NCBI GenBank assembly: GCA_963844935.1
Contig: CAWJQH010000004.1
Span: 733,058 to 797,057, forward strand
DNA length: 64,000 nucleotides
Direction: 5' to 3'
From: an uncultured Bacteroidales bacterium
GTDB taxonomy: Bacteria > Bacteroidota > Bacteroidia > Bacteroidales > VadinHA17
Shown: piece after piece, positions 11,935 through 21,120 of the stretch
Layout of the letters: every line of letters begins with the position of its first letter
Position numbering within the stretch: position 1 is the first letter of the stretch
Made by a program: the position numbers and the translations under genes
The notes under the pieces: model-generated
What the model was told of the DNA's origin: nothing
Databases searched by the model: none
The model's input: only the letters and a program-made list of their open reading frames with translations

Positions 11935-13740
11935 ATGAACCGGCCCGGCCAGATGGATAACATACGCAACTTTTGCATTATAGCACATATTGATCACGGC
12001 AAGAGTACTCTTGCGGACAGGCTGCTTGAAAAGACGAAGACAGTTGATGCGCGGGAATTCCAGAACCAGGTTCTGGATGACATGGATCTTGAGCGGGAGA
12101 GGGGCATCACGATTAAAAGCCATGCCATACAAATGGATTATGAGCAGGATGGCAGGAAGTATTATCTTAATCTCATTGACACCCCAGGTCATGTTGATTT
12201 CTCGTATGAGGTCTCACGGTCGATAGCCGCCTGTGAAGGTGCCTTGCTGGTTGTTGACGCTACACAGGGCATCCAGGCGCAGACAATCTCCAATCTGTAC
12301 ATGGCCATAGAACACGGTCTTGAAATAATACCCGTGCTGAACAAGATGGATTCCCCCAGCGCCATGCCTGAAGATGTCAAGGACCAGATAGTTGATCTTA
12401 TCGGTTGCAAGCGCGACGACATCATCGAAGCCAGTGCCCGTACAGGGATGGGCGTTGACCGCATCATGGAAGATATAATCTCAAAGATACCCCCGCCGAA
12501 GGGTGACCCTGAGGGTCCTTTACAGGCACTTATATTCGATTCGGTGTTCAACTCATTCAGGGGGATCATTGCATATTTCAAGATCGCCAACGGCACTGTC
12601 CATACACATGACAAGGTGAAATTTGTGAACACCGGCAGTGAATATGATGCTGATGAGATAGGGGTGCTCAAGATAAAGAGGGAACCGAGGGATGTCCTCA
12701 GCGCCGGCGACGTAGGATATATTATTTCAGGAATAAAAAACTCGGTTGAGGTAAAGGTTGGGGATACAATTACTCACGTTGAGCGTCCCTGCCAGCTTGC
12801 AATATCAGGATTTGCAGATGTGAAGCCGATGGTCTTTGCTGGCATTTATCCTGTTGATGCTGACGATTATGAAGATCTCCGGGCCTCAATAGAAAAACTG
12901 CAGCTCAATGATGCCTCCCTGACTTTTGTCCCGGAATCGTCTGCCGCCCTTGGCTTCGGCTTCCGTTGCGGCTTCCTGGGTTTGCTGCACATGGAGATTG
13001 TCCAGGAGCGCCTCGACAGGGAGTTTGATATGGATGTCATCACCACCGTGCCCAACGTTTCATTCAGGGTCCTGACTACAAAAGGTGACATCATTGATGT
13101 GCATAATCCGTCGGGGATGCCGCCGGTGACCACAATTGATGAGATAGAGGAGCCGTACATATATGCCCAGGTCATTTCAAAATCAGAGTATCTCGGGTCG
13201 ATCCTGAAGCTTTGCATTGACAAGAGAGGCACCATGAAGAACCAGGTCTACCTGACAAGCGACAGGGTGGAGGTGACATTCGACATGCCTCTTTCGGAGA
13301 TAGTTTTTGATTTCTATGACAAGCTGAAAAGCATTTCCAAGGGCTATGCATCTTTTGACTATCATATCACCGATTACAGGAAAGCAGACCTTGTCAGGCT
13401 TGATATACTGCTTAACGGCGAGATGGTCGATGCTCTCTCGACGCTTATTTACAGGGGCCATGCCTATGATTTTGGCAGGAGGATGTGTGAGAAACTGCGT
13501 GAACTTATCCCGAGACAACAGTTTGATATTGCCATCCAGGCAGCAATCGGTGCAAAGATAATTGCACGGGAGACCGTCAAGGCTGTGCGCAAGGATGTAA
13601 CCGCCAAGTGTTACGGCGGTGATATCACCCGCAAGAGAAAGCTGCTTGAGAAGCAGAAGAAAGGCAAGAAGCGGATGAGGCAGATCGGTAATGTGGAGGT
13701 TCCGCAGCAGGCTTTTCTTGCAGTGCTTAAGCTCGACTGA
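11935..13740 (+). CDS. lepA: Elongation factor 4 (LepA)
   Basis: [47 protein letters not shown]. True start may be 11953. Confidence 0.98.
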   Translation: MNRPGQMDNIRNFCIIAHIDHGKSTLADRLLEKTKTVDAREFQNQVLDDMDLERERGITIKSHAIQMDYEQDGRKYYLNLIDTPGHVDFSYEVSRSIAACEGALLVVDATQGIQAQTISNLYMAIEHGLEIIPVLNKMDSPSAMPEDVKDQIVDLIGCKRDDIIEASARTGMGVDRIMEDIISKIPPPKGDPEGPLQALIFDSVFNSFRGIIAYFKIANGTVHTHDKVKFVNTGSEYDADEIGVLKIKREPRDVLSAGDVGYIISGIKNSVEVKVGDTITHVERPCQLAISGFADVKPMVFAGIYPVDADDYEDLRASIEKLQLNDASLTFVPESSAALGFGFRCGFLGLLHMEIVQERLDREFDMDVITTVPNVSFRVLTTKGDIIDVHNPSGMPPVTTIDEIEEPYIYAQVISKSEYLGSILKLCIDKRGTMKNQVYLTSDRVEVTFDMPLSEIVFDFYDKLKSISKGYASFDYHITDYRKADLVRLDILLNGEMVDALSTLIYRGHAYDFGRRMCEKLRELIPRQQFDIAIQAAIGAKIIARETVKAVRKDVTAKCYGGDITRKRKLLEKQKKGKKRMRQIGNVEVPQQAFLAVLKLD

Positions 13741-13797
13741 AATGAAAAAGTTGCACCCTGGTGTTGGAAATTAATATTTTTTGCTAACTTGGCGCTT

Positions 13798-13893
13798 CAC
13801 AGGGGGTTTGAAACGGAAGAATACTTGATCATAACCCTGAAATTGACCTAATCTAAATACCCCGTACGATATTTTCGTGCGGGGTATATTTTT
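13798..13893 (+). ncRNA. Candidate small RNA B (about 95 nt) between lepA and the rprY-like gene
   Basis: Promoter-like GTTG-N18-TAACTTGG (13763-13792); no ORF; ends in hairpin 13857-13887 whose single non-WC pair is G-U on the plus strand, then a T tail. Confidence 0.45.
13857..13893. terminator. Intrinsic terminator, probably bidirectional
   Basis: ATACCCCGTACGA-N5-TCGTGCGGGGTAT with short A/T tracts on both sides, between convergent genes. Confidence 0.8.
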
Positions 13894-14578
13894 AGCAGAG
13901 CAGCTTGTATCCCTTTCCGTGAATATTTAAAATCTCGACCTTCCGGTCCCTGCTGAGGTACTTGCGCAGCTTGGTGATGTAAACATCCATGCTCCTGGCA
14001 TTGAAGTAGTTGTCATCGATCCAGATAGATTTAAGGGCAAAATTGCGTTCCAGGACCTGGTTGCGGTTACGGCAGAGCAGTTCGAGAAGCTCGGACTCCT
14101 TGGTGGTCAGTTTCTGTGACTGTTCCCTGAATGTCAGTAACTGTTTTGCGACATCAAAAGTGAATTCCCCGATTGTGTACCTATCCCTGGGCGCTTCATC
14201 CTCACGTTTGGATGACCGCCGGAGAATGGCTTCAATGCGGTACACCAGCTCCTCCATCGAAAATGGTTTTGTCAGGTAATCATCAGCTCCGGACTTGAAT
14301 CCTTCTATGACATCCTGCTTGAGGTTCTTGGCTGTGAGAAATATAACCGGAATATGCGGGTCTATCGCCCTTATCTCCCTTGCAAGCGTAAAGCCGTCCA
14401 TCTCGGGCATCATCACGTCGAGAAGACAGAGGTTGAATTTTTCCTTCCTGTAAAGCTTCAGGGCCTGGGCTCCGTCGGTGACCAGCGCAGTGTCATACTC
14501 TTTCACACTGAGGTAATTTTTCAGCAACTGACCCAGGTTGGGATCGTCTTCAGCAAGTAAAATGCTTACTTTTTTCAT
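13892..14578 (-). CDS. rprY: OmpR-family response regulator, RprY-like
   Basis: Receiver LLDVMMPEMDG; winged helix WIDDNYFNARSMDVYITKLRKYL typical of Bacteroidota RprY. Confidence 0.8.
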   Translation of the reverse strand: MKKVSILLAEDDPNLGQLLKNYLSVKEYDTALVTDGAQALKLYRKEKFNLCLLDVMMPEMDGFTLAREIRAIDPHIPVIFLTAKNLKQDVIEGFKSGADDYLTKPFSMEELVYRIEAILRRSSKREDEAPRDRYTIGEFTFDVAKQLLTFREQSQKLTTKESELLELLCRNRNQVLERNFALKSIWIDDNYFNARSMDVYITKLRKYLSRDRKVEILNIHGKGYKLLC

Positions 14579-16113
14579 TTTGGCTGATCTTTTGGAAGAT
14601 GAATGATTATTCTGGAACCTTTGTTGATCTGGCTTTCAACTTTGATTGTGCCGTTGTGTTCATCAACGATTTTCTTTACAAAGCTCAGACCCAGCCCGAA
14701 TCCTTTAATATTATGTGTATTGCCTGCCGGCACCCTGTAGAATTTCTCAAAAATATGTTTCTGATGTTCCCTCGGGATGCCGATACCGTTATCAGAAACA
14801 GTGATTGTTATGCCCCTGCTGTAAGCTCTTGTGGAAATGGTTATCTCAGGCACCTGGGTTGTATATTTGAGTGCATTGTCGATGAGATTGATGAAAACAT
14901 TGAAGAAATTGGCTTCATCGATGAACACCACCGGGTCAGTTGCATCGAGGAAAGTTGATATCACTCCGCCCCGGCCGTTAACCTGCAGTTTAAATGCATC
15001 AACGGCTCTGAGGATCACCTCGTGAATATCCGTTTCATGCCTGTCGAGCTCGATCTTCGACTTTTCAAAGATTGCGGTCTGAAGCACTTTTTCAACCAGG
15101 ATCCTCAGTCTGTTGCTCTCCTCATTGATGACGGAAGCAAGTCCATGGGTGTCCCTTGATTTCTCGGGTATTTTTGGATCAGCGAGCATCTGTGATGCCA
15201 GCGAGATTGTGGCTATCGGGGTCTTCAGCTCGTGGGTCATGTTGTTGATGAAGTCGCCCTTAATCTCCGAGAGCTTTTTCTGTCGGAAGATGACAATGAA
15301 TGTGCTTGTTGAGAGGATAATCAGCAGGAGGGCTATAAGCATGGATGCGATTGCCATGAAGGAAATACGGCTGAATTTGTACTTTTCCTCATCAGGAAAG
15401 TATATTGAAAGGATATTGTTGCCGGGAACAGGGTCATTGGGGAAGAGCTGACGGAGGTATTTGTTCGCCCCTGATCTCTCGCTGTAGTTGGGAGTACGGT
15501 ATATTATTCCACCGTAATCGCCCCTGACGGCACATTCGTAACTGAGGTGAATGCCGACAGCGTCAAGCGACTGCCTGATCTGCTTATTTAAGTCATCGGA
15601 TGTGAACCGGTCACGCAACGGAGGTGTCTCATGCAGGATACGGCTGACAATGTTCTCAATGGAGATTACCTTGCTTGTCATGCGGTCGGTGGCGCCGGCA
15701 GTAAGGCTCAGCGCTTCATTCCCGGCGTCGCCGACAGAAGATTCAGCCAGTAAGCTGTCGGAACTCAGAAGATATGTCCGCCCTGCCCTGTTTATAACCA
15801 CTGACCTGACACCGGGATGGAAGCCGTATTTCTCCAGCAGCCTCTCCTCTGCCGTCTGCCCCTGAGCCTCATTGCTTAAATCATCTCCCTGATCCTCCTG
15901 AGGAACCGGGTTGATTTCATTTATGATACGGTTATAAGTCTCTGCCTTTTCAAGTTCCGACACAACTTCCTTCAACGCATCATTGACACTGAACCTGAAA
16001 GCCTGGTCTTCAGCGCGGGATACGCTGTTTATCCACCTGACCTGGATAAAAACCAGGGCAGAAATGGCTAAAAAGAAAAAGACTGCCAGAAGGACTGTGT
16101 ACTCACGCTTCAT
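14575..16113 (-). CDS. rprX: Sensor histidine kinase, RprX-like
   Basis: Two TM helices; H-box FINNMTHELKTP; NLIDNALKY; GFGLGL; 4-bp overlap with the regulator gene. Confidence 0.78.
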   Translation of the reverse strand: MKREYTVLLAVFFFLAISALVFIQVRWINSVSRAEDQAFRFSVNDALKEVVSELEKAETYNRIINEINPVPQEDQGDDLSNEAQGQTAEERLLEKYGFHPGVRSVVINRAGRTYLLSSDSLLAESSVGDAGNEALSLTAGATDRMTSKVISIENIVSRILHETPPLRDRFTSDDLNKQIRQSLDAVGIHLSYECAVRGDYGGIIYRTPNYSERSGANKYLRQLFPNDPVPGNNILSIYFPDEEKYKFSRISFMAIASMLIALLLIILSTSTFIVIFRQKKLSEIKGDFINNMTHELKTPIATISLASQMLADPKIPEKSRDTHGLASVINEESNRLRILVEKVLQTAIFEKSKIELDRHETDIHEVILRAVDAFKLQVNGRGGVISTFLDATDPVVFIDEANFFNVFINLIDNALKYTTQVPEITISTRAYSRGITITVSDNGIGIPREHQKHIFEKFYRVPAGNTHNIKGFGLGLSFVKKIVDEHNGTIKVESQINKGSRIIIHLPKDQPK

Positions 16114-16284
16114 CTTATTGCAAATGTAACTTTAAAGAGCCTTAATACACTGGTTTAACCAACTTTAACAACTATTACAGAAAAAAATCAGGCTGCGGAA
16201 AAGTTAAAAAAGTGTTAAATATCAATAAATTAACATATCGTTAAGAAAGAAGTCAGGAAATTATTTTCATATTTGCACTGTTAA

Positions 16285-16299
16285 TGGCACGAAAATTGT
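16285..16299 (+). promoter_or_regulatory. Sigma-54 (-24/-12) promoter
   Basis: TGGCACG-AAAA-TTGT versus consensus TGGCACG-N4-TTGC. Confidence 0.65.
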
Positions 16300-16309
16300 G
16301 ATAGTATAT

Positions 16310-16390
16310 TTGGAGTTTTTTTCATAGGTTAGGTTAGTTTTAGGGTTAACACTGAAGAGGAGGCAAGAAATTGTCTCCTCTTCCATTTTT
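16310..16390 (+). ncRNA. Candidate sigma-54-dependent small RNA A (about 80 nt)
   Basis: Follows the -24/-12 box; GU-rich body TTTTTTCATAGGTTAGGTTAGTTTTAGGGTT; terminator hairpin 16354-16383 with plus-strand G-U pair and T tail; no ORF. Confidence 0.55.
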
Positions 16391-16817
16391 ACAGTACCAG
16401 CAAGGGGATGTTTTTATCGCTGAGGTCGCTGCTGTCAAACAGGAATACTGCTGTTACTTCCGGGATGTTCCTTACCTCCGCCGCCAGCGTTTCTGCCAGC
16501 TTCCTGTCGGGTGCGCCGTGTATCAGCAGCAGGAAGTCAATATTCTTAAGCTTTCTGATCAATGTCCCGCCCATGCTTCTGTTCGAGACAAGTGAAAAGG
16601 TTAACGGTGCAGAGGTAAATACTGAATAAGAATGAGTTTTCTCGCCGGATCCTTCTGTTATTTCTTCCGGTTTTTTCCGCAGATCGATGCCAAGGTGCCT
16701 GTTCAGCATCACGGATAGCCGGTAATCCGGTTCAGAGGATACAATTCCCAGTATCAGGAAAGGGGGAATCTCTTCGGCCCGGATAGTATGTTTGGTTATT
16801 TTTCCCGCAGGGCTCAT
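16389..16817 (-). CDS. IPExxxVDY-family protein
   Basis: LGIVSSEPDYRLSVMLN and LIRKLKNIDFLL pattern; downstream of rnc as is common in Bacteroidota. Confidence 0.65.
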   Translation of the reverse strand: MSPAGKITKHTIRAEEIPPFLILGIVSSEPDYRLSVMLNRHLGIDLRKKPEEITEGSGEKTHSYSVFTSAPLTFSLVSNRSMGGTLIRKLKNIDFLLLIHGAPDRKLAETLAAEVRNIPEVTAVFLFDSSDLSDKNIPLLVL

Positions 16818-17552
16818 ACCTTAGCTGTTACGGTCTTGTTCCAGGCAACCATTGATGCCTCCTGTTCTGCTTCTTTCTTTGATGCTCCTTCACCATGAGC
16901 TATCGTTTCATCATTGATCTCAAGGGAAACCCTGAAAAGGGGATGTGAGTTGTTCTGAATGGCCACTTCCTGAAAGGAATAGTGCAGTTTCAGCTTGTTC
17001 TTCTGGCAATACTCAAGGATCAGACTCTTATAATCAGTTTCCGACTTCAGCACTTCATCAAGGTTAAGGTACTTCTTCAGGACCTTTTCAATGAAGAAGC
17101 GATGTGTGCGGATGTATCCTGTATCAATAAACAGTGCGCCTATGAGGGCTTCCAGTGCATTTCCGTAAAGGTTGGGCGGGATGGTGCCTGACGACAGGTT
17201 CGATACTATCAGGTTGTCTAGTTTCATTGAGATGCCGAGCTGGTTAAGCGTCTCCCGGCTGACGATACGTGCCCTGGTCTTTGTCAGGAAGCCTTCGGAT
17301 GCCTCGGGGTAAAGGTGAAAAAGGTAATCGGAGATTATACCGTCAATGATTGCATCGCCCAGATATTCGAGCCGTTCGTTGTTGACCCGGGAGCCGTCAG
17401 CCAAGGGTGTATGAAGCTGAGCGGTGAATGAAAGCCATCTCGTACAGACGCAGGTTCGAGGGCCTGCAGCCAAGCATGTTCTTCAGGCGCAACCGGAAGT
17501 CGCGTCTGTCAAGTACAAGAGTGTTGTTTTCTTTCCTGCGAAGGAGGAACAC
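16814..17552 (-). CDS. rnc: Ribonuclease III (single-base frameshift near 17401)
   Basis: NERLEYLGDA, NALEALIGA and dsRBD GEGASKKEAEQ; N-terminus VFLLRR...LYEMAFIHRS reads from GTG 17552 in another frame. Confidence 0.9.
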
Positions 17553-18799
17553 TATTCTTCAAATTTCCTGATCAAAATCGAGGCATTATGCCCTCCGAAA
17601 CCGAAGGTATTGCTCAGCGCCACCTTCACAGTCCGGTGCTGTGCCTTGTTTACAGTCAGGTTCAGATTCTGATCTATGGCAGGGTCCGGGTTCCTGAAAT
17701 TGATTGTCGGCGGGACAATATCATGAACCACTGCCATAATTGATGCAATGGCTTCAACGGCGCCGGCAGCCCCCAGAAGGTGTCCGGTCATTGATTTGGT
17801 GGAGCTGATATTCAGTTTGTAAGCATGTTCTCCGAAGACTGACAGTATGGCCTTGGTCTCAGCCACGTCACCAAGCGGCGTTGAGGTACCGTGAACATTA
17901 ACGTAGTCAACGTCTGCCGGTGTGAGTTTAGCCTCGAGGATGGCCTGCTTCATTACATTGTATGCTCCCATGCCGTCAGGATGCGGAGCGGTGATGTGGT
18001 ATGCGTCTGCAGTCAGTCCTGATCCAATGATTTCAGCATAGATCCTGGCTCCTCTTGCCCGGGCATGCTCCAATTCCTCCAGGACAAGGCCTCCGGCACC
18101 CTCGCCTATTACGAAGCCGTCCCTGGTCACATCGAAAGGCCGTGATGCGGTGGCATACTCGTCATTGTTAGTTGAAAGGGCCTGCATTGAATTGAAACCT
18201 CCCACGCCCACTATATTTACGCCTGCCTCAGAGCCGCCGGCAATAAAGACATCAGCCTTTCCAAGGAGGATATAATAATATGCGTCTATCAGGGCATTTG
18301 TGGAAGAGGCACATGCTGACACCGTGGCAAAGTTCGGGCCTCTGAAACCATACTTGATGGAGAGCATCCCTGCGGCTATGTCACTGATCATTTTCGGTAT
18401 GAAGAAAGGACTGTAACGGGGGGTTCCGTCGCCCGTTACAAAACTTTTAACCTCTTCGAAAAATGTCTCAATTCCTCCGATACCTGATGCCCAAATCACG
18501 CCGCAACGGTCTTTGTCAGCAGCATCAGGGTCAAGCTTTAAATCTTTGATCGCTTCGTCAGCAGCCACAAGGGCATACTGGGCAAAGCGATCCATTTTGC
18601 GGGCTTCTTTCCTGTCAAAAAAATTTGCCGGATCAAAACCCTTGATTTCGCAGGCAAATTTTGTCTTGAACTTCGTGGTGTCAAAATGCGTGATAAGACC
18701 AGCACCGCTGACCCCTTCAACAAGACCTTTCCAGTAATCCTGCAGAGTGTTGCCGATGGGGGTAAGGGCCCCCATCCCGGTAACTACGACCCGCCTCAT
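17552..18799 (-). CDS. fabF: 3-oxoacyl-ACP synthase II
   Basis: VVVTGMG, SACAS, HGTST, GHLLGAAG, SNTFGFGGHN. Confidence 0.97.
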   Translation of the reverse strand: MRRVVVTGMGALTPIGNTLQDYWKGLVEGVSGAGLITHFDTTKFKTKFACEIKGFDPANFFDRKEARKMDRFAQYALVAADEAIKDLKLDPDAADKDRCGVIWASGIGGIETFFEEVKSFVTGDGTPRYSPFFIPKMISDIAAGMLSIKYGFRGPNFATVSACASSTNALIDAYYYILLGKADVFIAGGSEAGVNIVGVGGFNSMQALSTNNDEYATASRPFDVTRDGFVIGEGAGGLVLEELEHARARGARIYAEIIGSGLTADAYHITAPHPDGMGAYNVMKQAILEAKLTPADVDYVNVHGTSTPLGDVAETKAILSVFGEHAYKLNISSTKSMTGHLLGAAGAVEAIASIMAVVHDIVPPTINFRNPDPAIDQNLNLTVNKAQHRTVKVALSNTFGFGGHNASILIRKFEE

Positions 18800-18819
18800 T
18801 ATAGGTTATTGGAAGAAAA

Positions 18820-19056
18820 CTACTTAGCGTTTTCTTCTATATACTTGATAGCTTCTCCTACCGTGCTGATGCTTTCTGCCTGGTCATCAGGAATTCCGAT
18901 ATTAAATTCTTTTTCGAATTCCATGATCAGCTCGACAGTGTCAAGAGAATCTGCTCCGAGGTCATTTGTGAAATGAGCTTCAGTGGTAACCTCTGCTTCG
19001 TCAACGCCAAGCTTCTCAACGATGATCTTTTTTACTCGTGTTGAAATGTCAGACAT
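18820..19056 (-). CDS. acpP: Acyl carrier protein
   Basis: [12 protein letters not shown] phosphopantetheine motif. Confidence 0.97.
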   Translation of the reverse strand: MSDISTRVKKIIVEKLGVDEAEVTTEAHFTNDLGADSLDTVELIMEFEKEFNIGIPDDQAESISTVGEAIKYIEENAK

Positions 19057-19240
19057 ACTATTCAATTTTACGTTAATACTCGTTTTAAAAACTACGCAAA
19101 GAAATATATTTGTACCATATTATTCAAGCAATTTGCCGGAAATTTATACCGGCACAAATATAAGCTAAAGTAATTCAATATTTTAACCTGACAATTGAGG
19201 TACCGGGCCTCAGAAAATATTTATTTGTAAAGATCATATA

Positions 19241-19816
19241 ATGAAGAACATAGTCATTTTTGCCTCGGGTGCCGGTACGAATGCGGAAAACATAATCAGA
19301 TACTTTTCGAATGAAAAGAAAGCAAAAGTAGTTCTTGTATTGTCGAATAAGCCTCAGGCCAAGGTACTGGAAAGAGCTGCCGCACTCGGCGTTGATGTGT
19401 TTTTTTTCGACCGGAGACAGTTTTACGAGACGGAAGAGGTGCTCTTTATCCTGCAAAGGAGGAACACTGACCTGATCGTTCTGGCAGGGTTTCTGTGGCT
19501 TGTTCCCACCCGGATAATTGAAGAGTACAAAGGAAGGATTGTCAATATTCATCCGGCACTTCTGCCTGGTTTCGGCGGCAGGGGGATGTTCGGCGACAGG
19601 GTTCACAAGGCAGTTCTTGATGCCCGCAGTACCGAGAGCGGGATTACAATTCATTTCGTGAATGAGCAGTATGATTCCGGGGATATTATTTTCCAGGCGA
19701 GATGCCCTGTTTTGCCCGGTGACGATGTGGATACCCTGGCTGCAAGAGTGCATGCCCTTGAATACGAGCATTATCCTGCTGTGATCAGCAGCATTATTGA
19801 TACCCTTCCCGGCTAG
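19241..19816 (+). CDS. purN: Phosphoribosylglycinamide formyltransferase
   Basis: IFASGAGTN, NIHPALLP, SGITIHFV...DSG. Confidence 0.93.
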   Translation: MKNIVIFASGAGTNAENIIRYFSNEKKAKVVLVLSNKPQAKVLERAAALGVDVFFFDRRQFYETEEVLFILQRRNTDLIVLAGFLWLVPTRIIEEYKGRIVNIHPALLPGFGGRGMFGDRVHKAVLDARSTESGITIHFVNEQYDSGDIIFQARCPVLPGDDVDTLAARVHALEYEHYPAVISSIIDTLPG

Positions 19817-21120
19817 TAGCTGATGGTTTCGAAGAGGCTTATATAACCCTGAACCACCTTCTCAAACCCCTCCATTTCTTCAGGTGCCACAGGGTTAACG
19901 GGCGGGGCTTCCACCTTCAGCGGATCCACTGCATACCCGTTACGGTAGAATCTGAAATCAAGATGAGGACCGGTCGATAATCCCGAGCTGCCAACATATC
20001 CGATCACCTGTCCCTGTTTAACATATACACCGGGTGCTATGCCCGGGCCAAAGCGCGACAGGTGCATATATGCCGTTGAATAGACGCTGTTGTGCGTTAC
20101 GCGAACTATCCTTCCGGATCCGTTCTCGAATGCTGTCTGCGTCACCCTGCCATCGCCGATGGATACCACCGGTGTTCCGGTCGGTGCCGAGTAGTCAATC
20201 CCGTGATGCGGTCTGACTATCTTGAGAACAGGATGGTATCTTGCCCCTGAGAAGCGTGAGCTTATGCGTGAATACCGCAAGGGTGCCTTGAGAAATGCCT
20301 TCCGCAGACTGGCGCCGGTAGTGTCGTAGAATGACATCGTGCTGTCCTGTATGTAGGGTATGGCATATATTGAGTTGCCGGCATGCTCGAACAGCGCTGC
20401 ATGTACCTTTCTTATGCCTATGCTTTCCTCGCCTATGAATTCCTCCTCGTAAATGACCTTGAACCTGTCGCCCTGCTGCAGGCCGAAGAAGTCTATTGTC
20501 CATGCATATATCTCTGAAAGCTCGGCTGAGAGGTTGGGATTGAGCTGGTTTTCCATCGCCGCTTCCCAGAGGGAGGTTGAAATTGAACCTGATGAATACC
20601 TGAGCATTTTCTTCACTTCGGCATCATGCCTGGAAACAGTCAGCGTGTCCTTAAGTGAGAAAATATAACTGACAGTCGGGTCATGTTCATATATGAAATA
20701 ATCTGCCCTGTTCAGTGTGTCCTTAGTCAGGAACACCGAGTAACTGCTTCCGGTGCGTACCTTTCTTGCATCAAATATCTCCCTGTTCTCTCTCAGGAGT
20801 TCTTCAATCGTGTTCCACGGTACATTATAGGATGCAAGGATCTCGGCGATGAACTGGTTCCTCTTCACCCTTCCTGTCACAACATTATAAGAATCAACCG
20901 GGATGCCGTGGATGAGGTTGACGGTACCGGGTGTGGCAACAGCGGTGGCGGCTGTATCAGCCACGCCGGATGTATCGGCCCCGGCGGAAGCATTTGCCCT
21001 GCTGCCCGTTTCAGCCCTGCCCGAAACCTCGTCAGTTTCAGCCGGTGCGGTACGGAGACATGAATAGAGTGCAAGGCAGGAGAATGCAAGCAGGATGAAT
21101 CTGATCACCGGAACCCTCAT
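19813..21120 (-). CDS. M23-family peptidoglycan DD-endopeptidase (MepM-like)
   Basis: HHGID, YMHLS and STGPHLDF motifs; N-terminal lipoprotein-like signal from ATG 21120. Confidence 0.88.
   Translation of the reverse strand: MRVPVIRFILLAFSCLALYSCLRTAPAETDEVSGRAETGSRANASAGADTSGVADTAATAVATPGTVNLIHGIPVDSYNVVTGRVKRNQFIAEILASYNVPWNTIEELLRENREIFDARKVRTGSSYSVFLTKDTLNRADYFIYEHDPTVSYIFSLKDTLTVSRHDAEVKKMLRYSSGSISTSLWEAAMENQLNPNLSAELSEIYAWTIDFFGLQQGDRFKVIYEEEFIGEESIGIRKVHAALFEHAGNSIYAIPYIQDSTMSFYDTTGASLRKAFLKAPLRYSRISSRFSGARYHPVLKIVRPHHGIDYSAPTGTPVVSIGDGRVTQTAFENGSGRIVRVTHNSVYSTAYMHLSRFGPGIAPGVYVKQGQVIGYVGSSGLSTGPHLDFRFYRNGYAVDPLKVEAPPVNPVAPEEMEGFEKVVQGYISLFETISY

Noticed and set aside
13832-16348. Invertible DNA segment bounded by inverted repeats
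   Set aside because: The repeats are only 20/24 identical at DNA level, all differences are plus-strand G-U compatible, and no recombinase is nearby; RNA pairing fits better, though inversion is not formally excluded.
16814-17552. rnc as a true pseudogene or programmed frameshift
   Set aside because: One extra base with intact motifs on both sides, no slippery heptamer, and similar indels elsewhere suggest sequence error.
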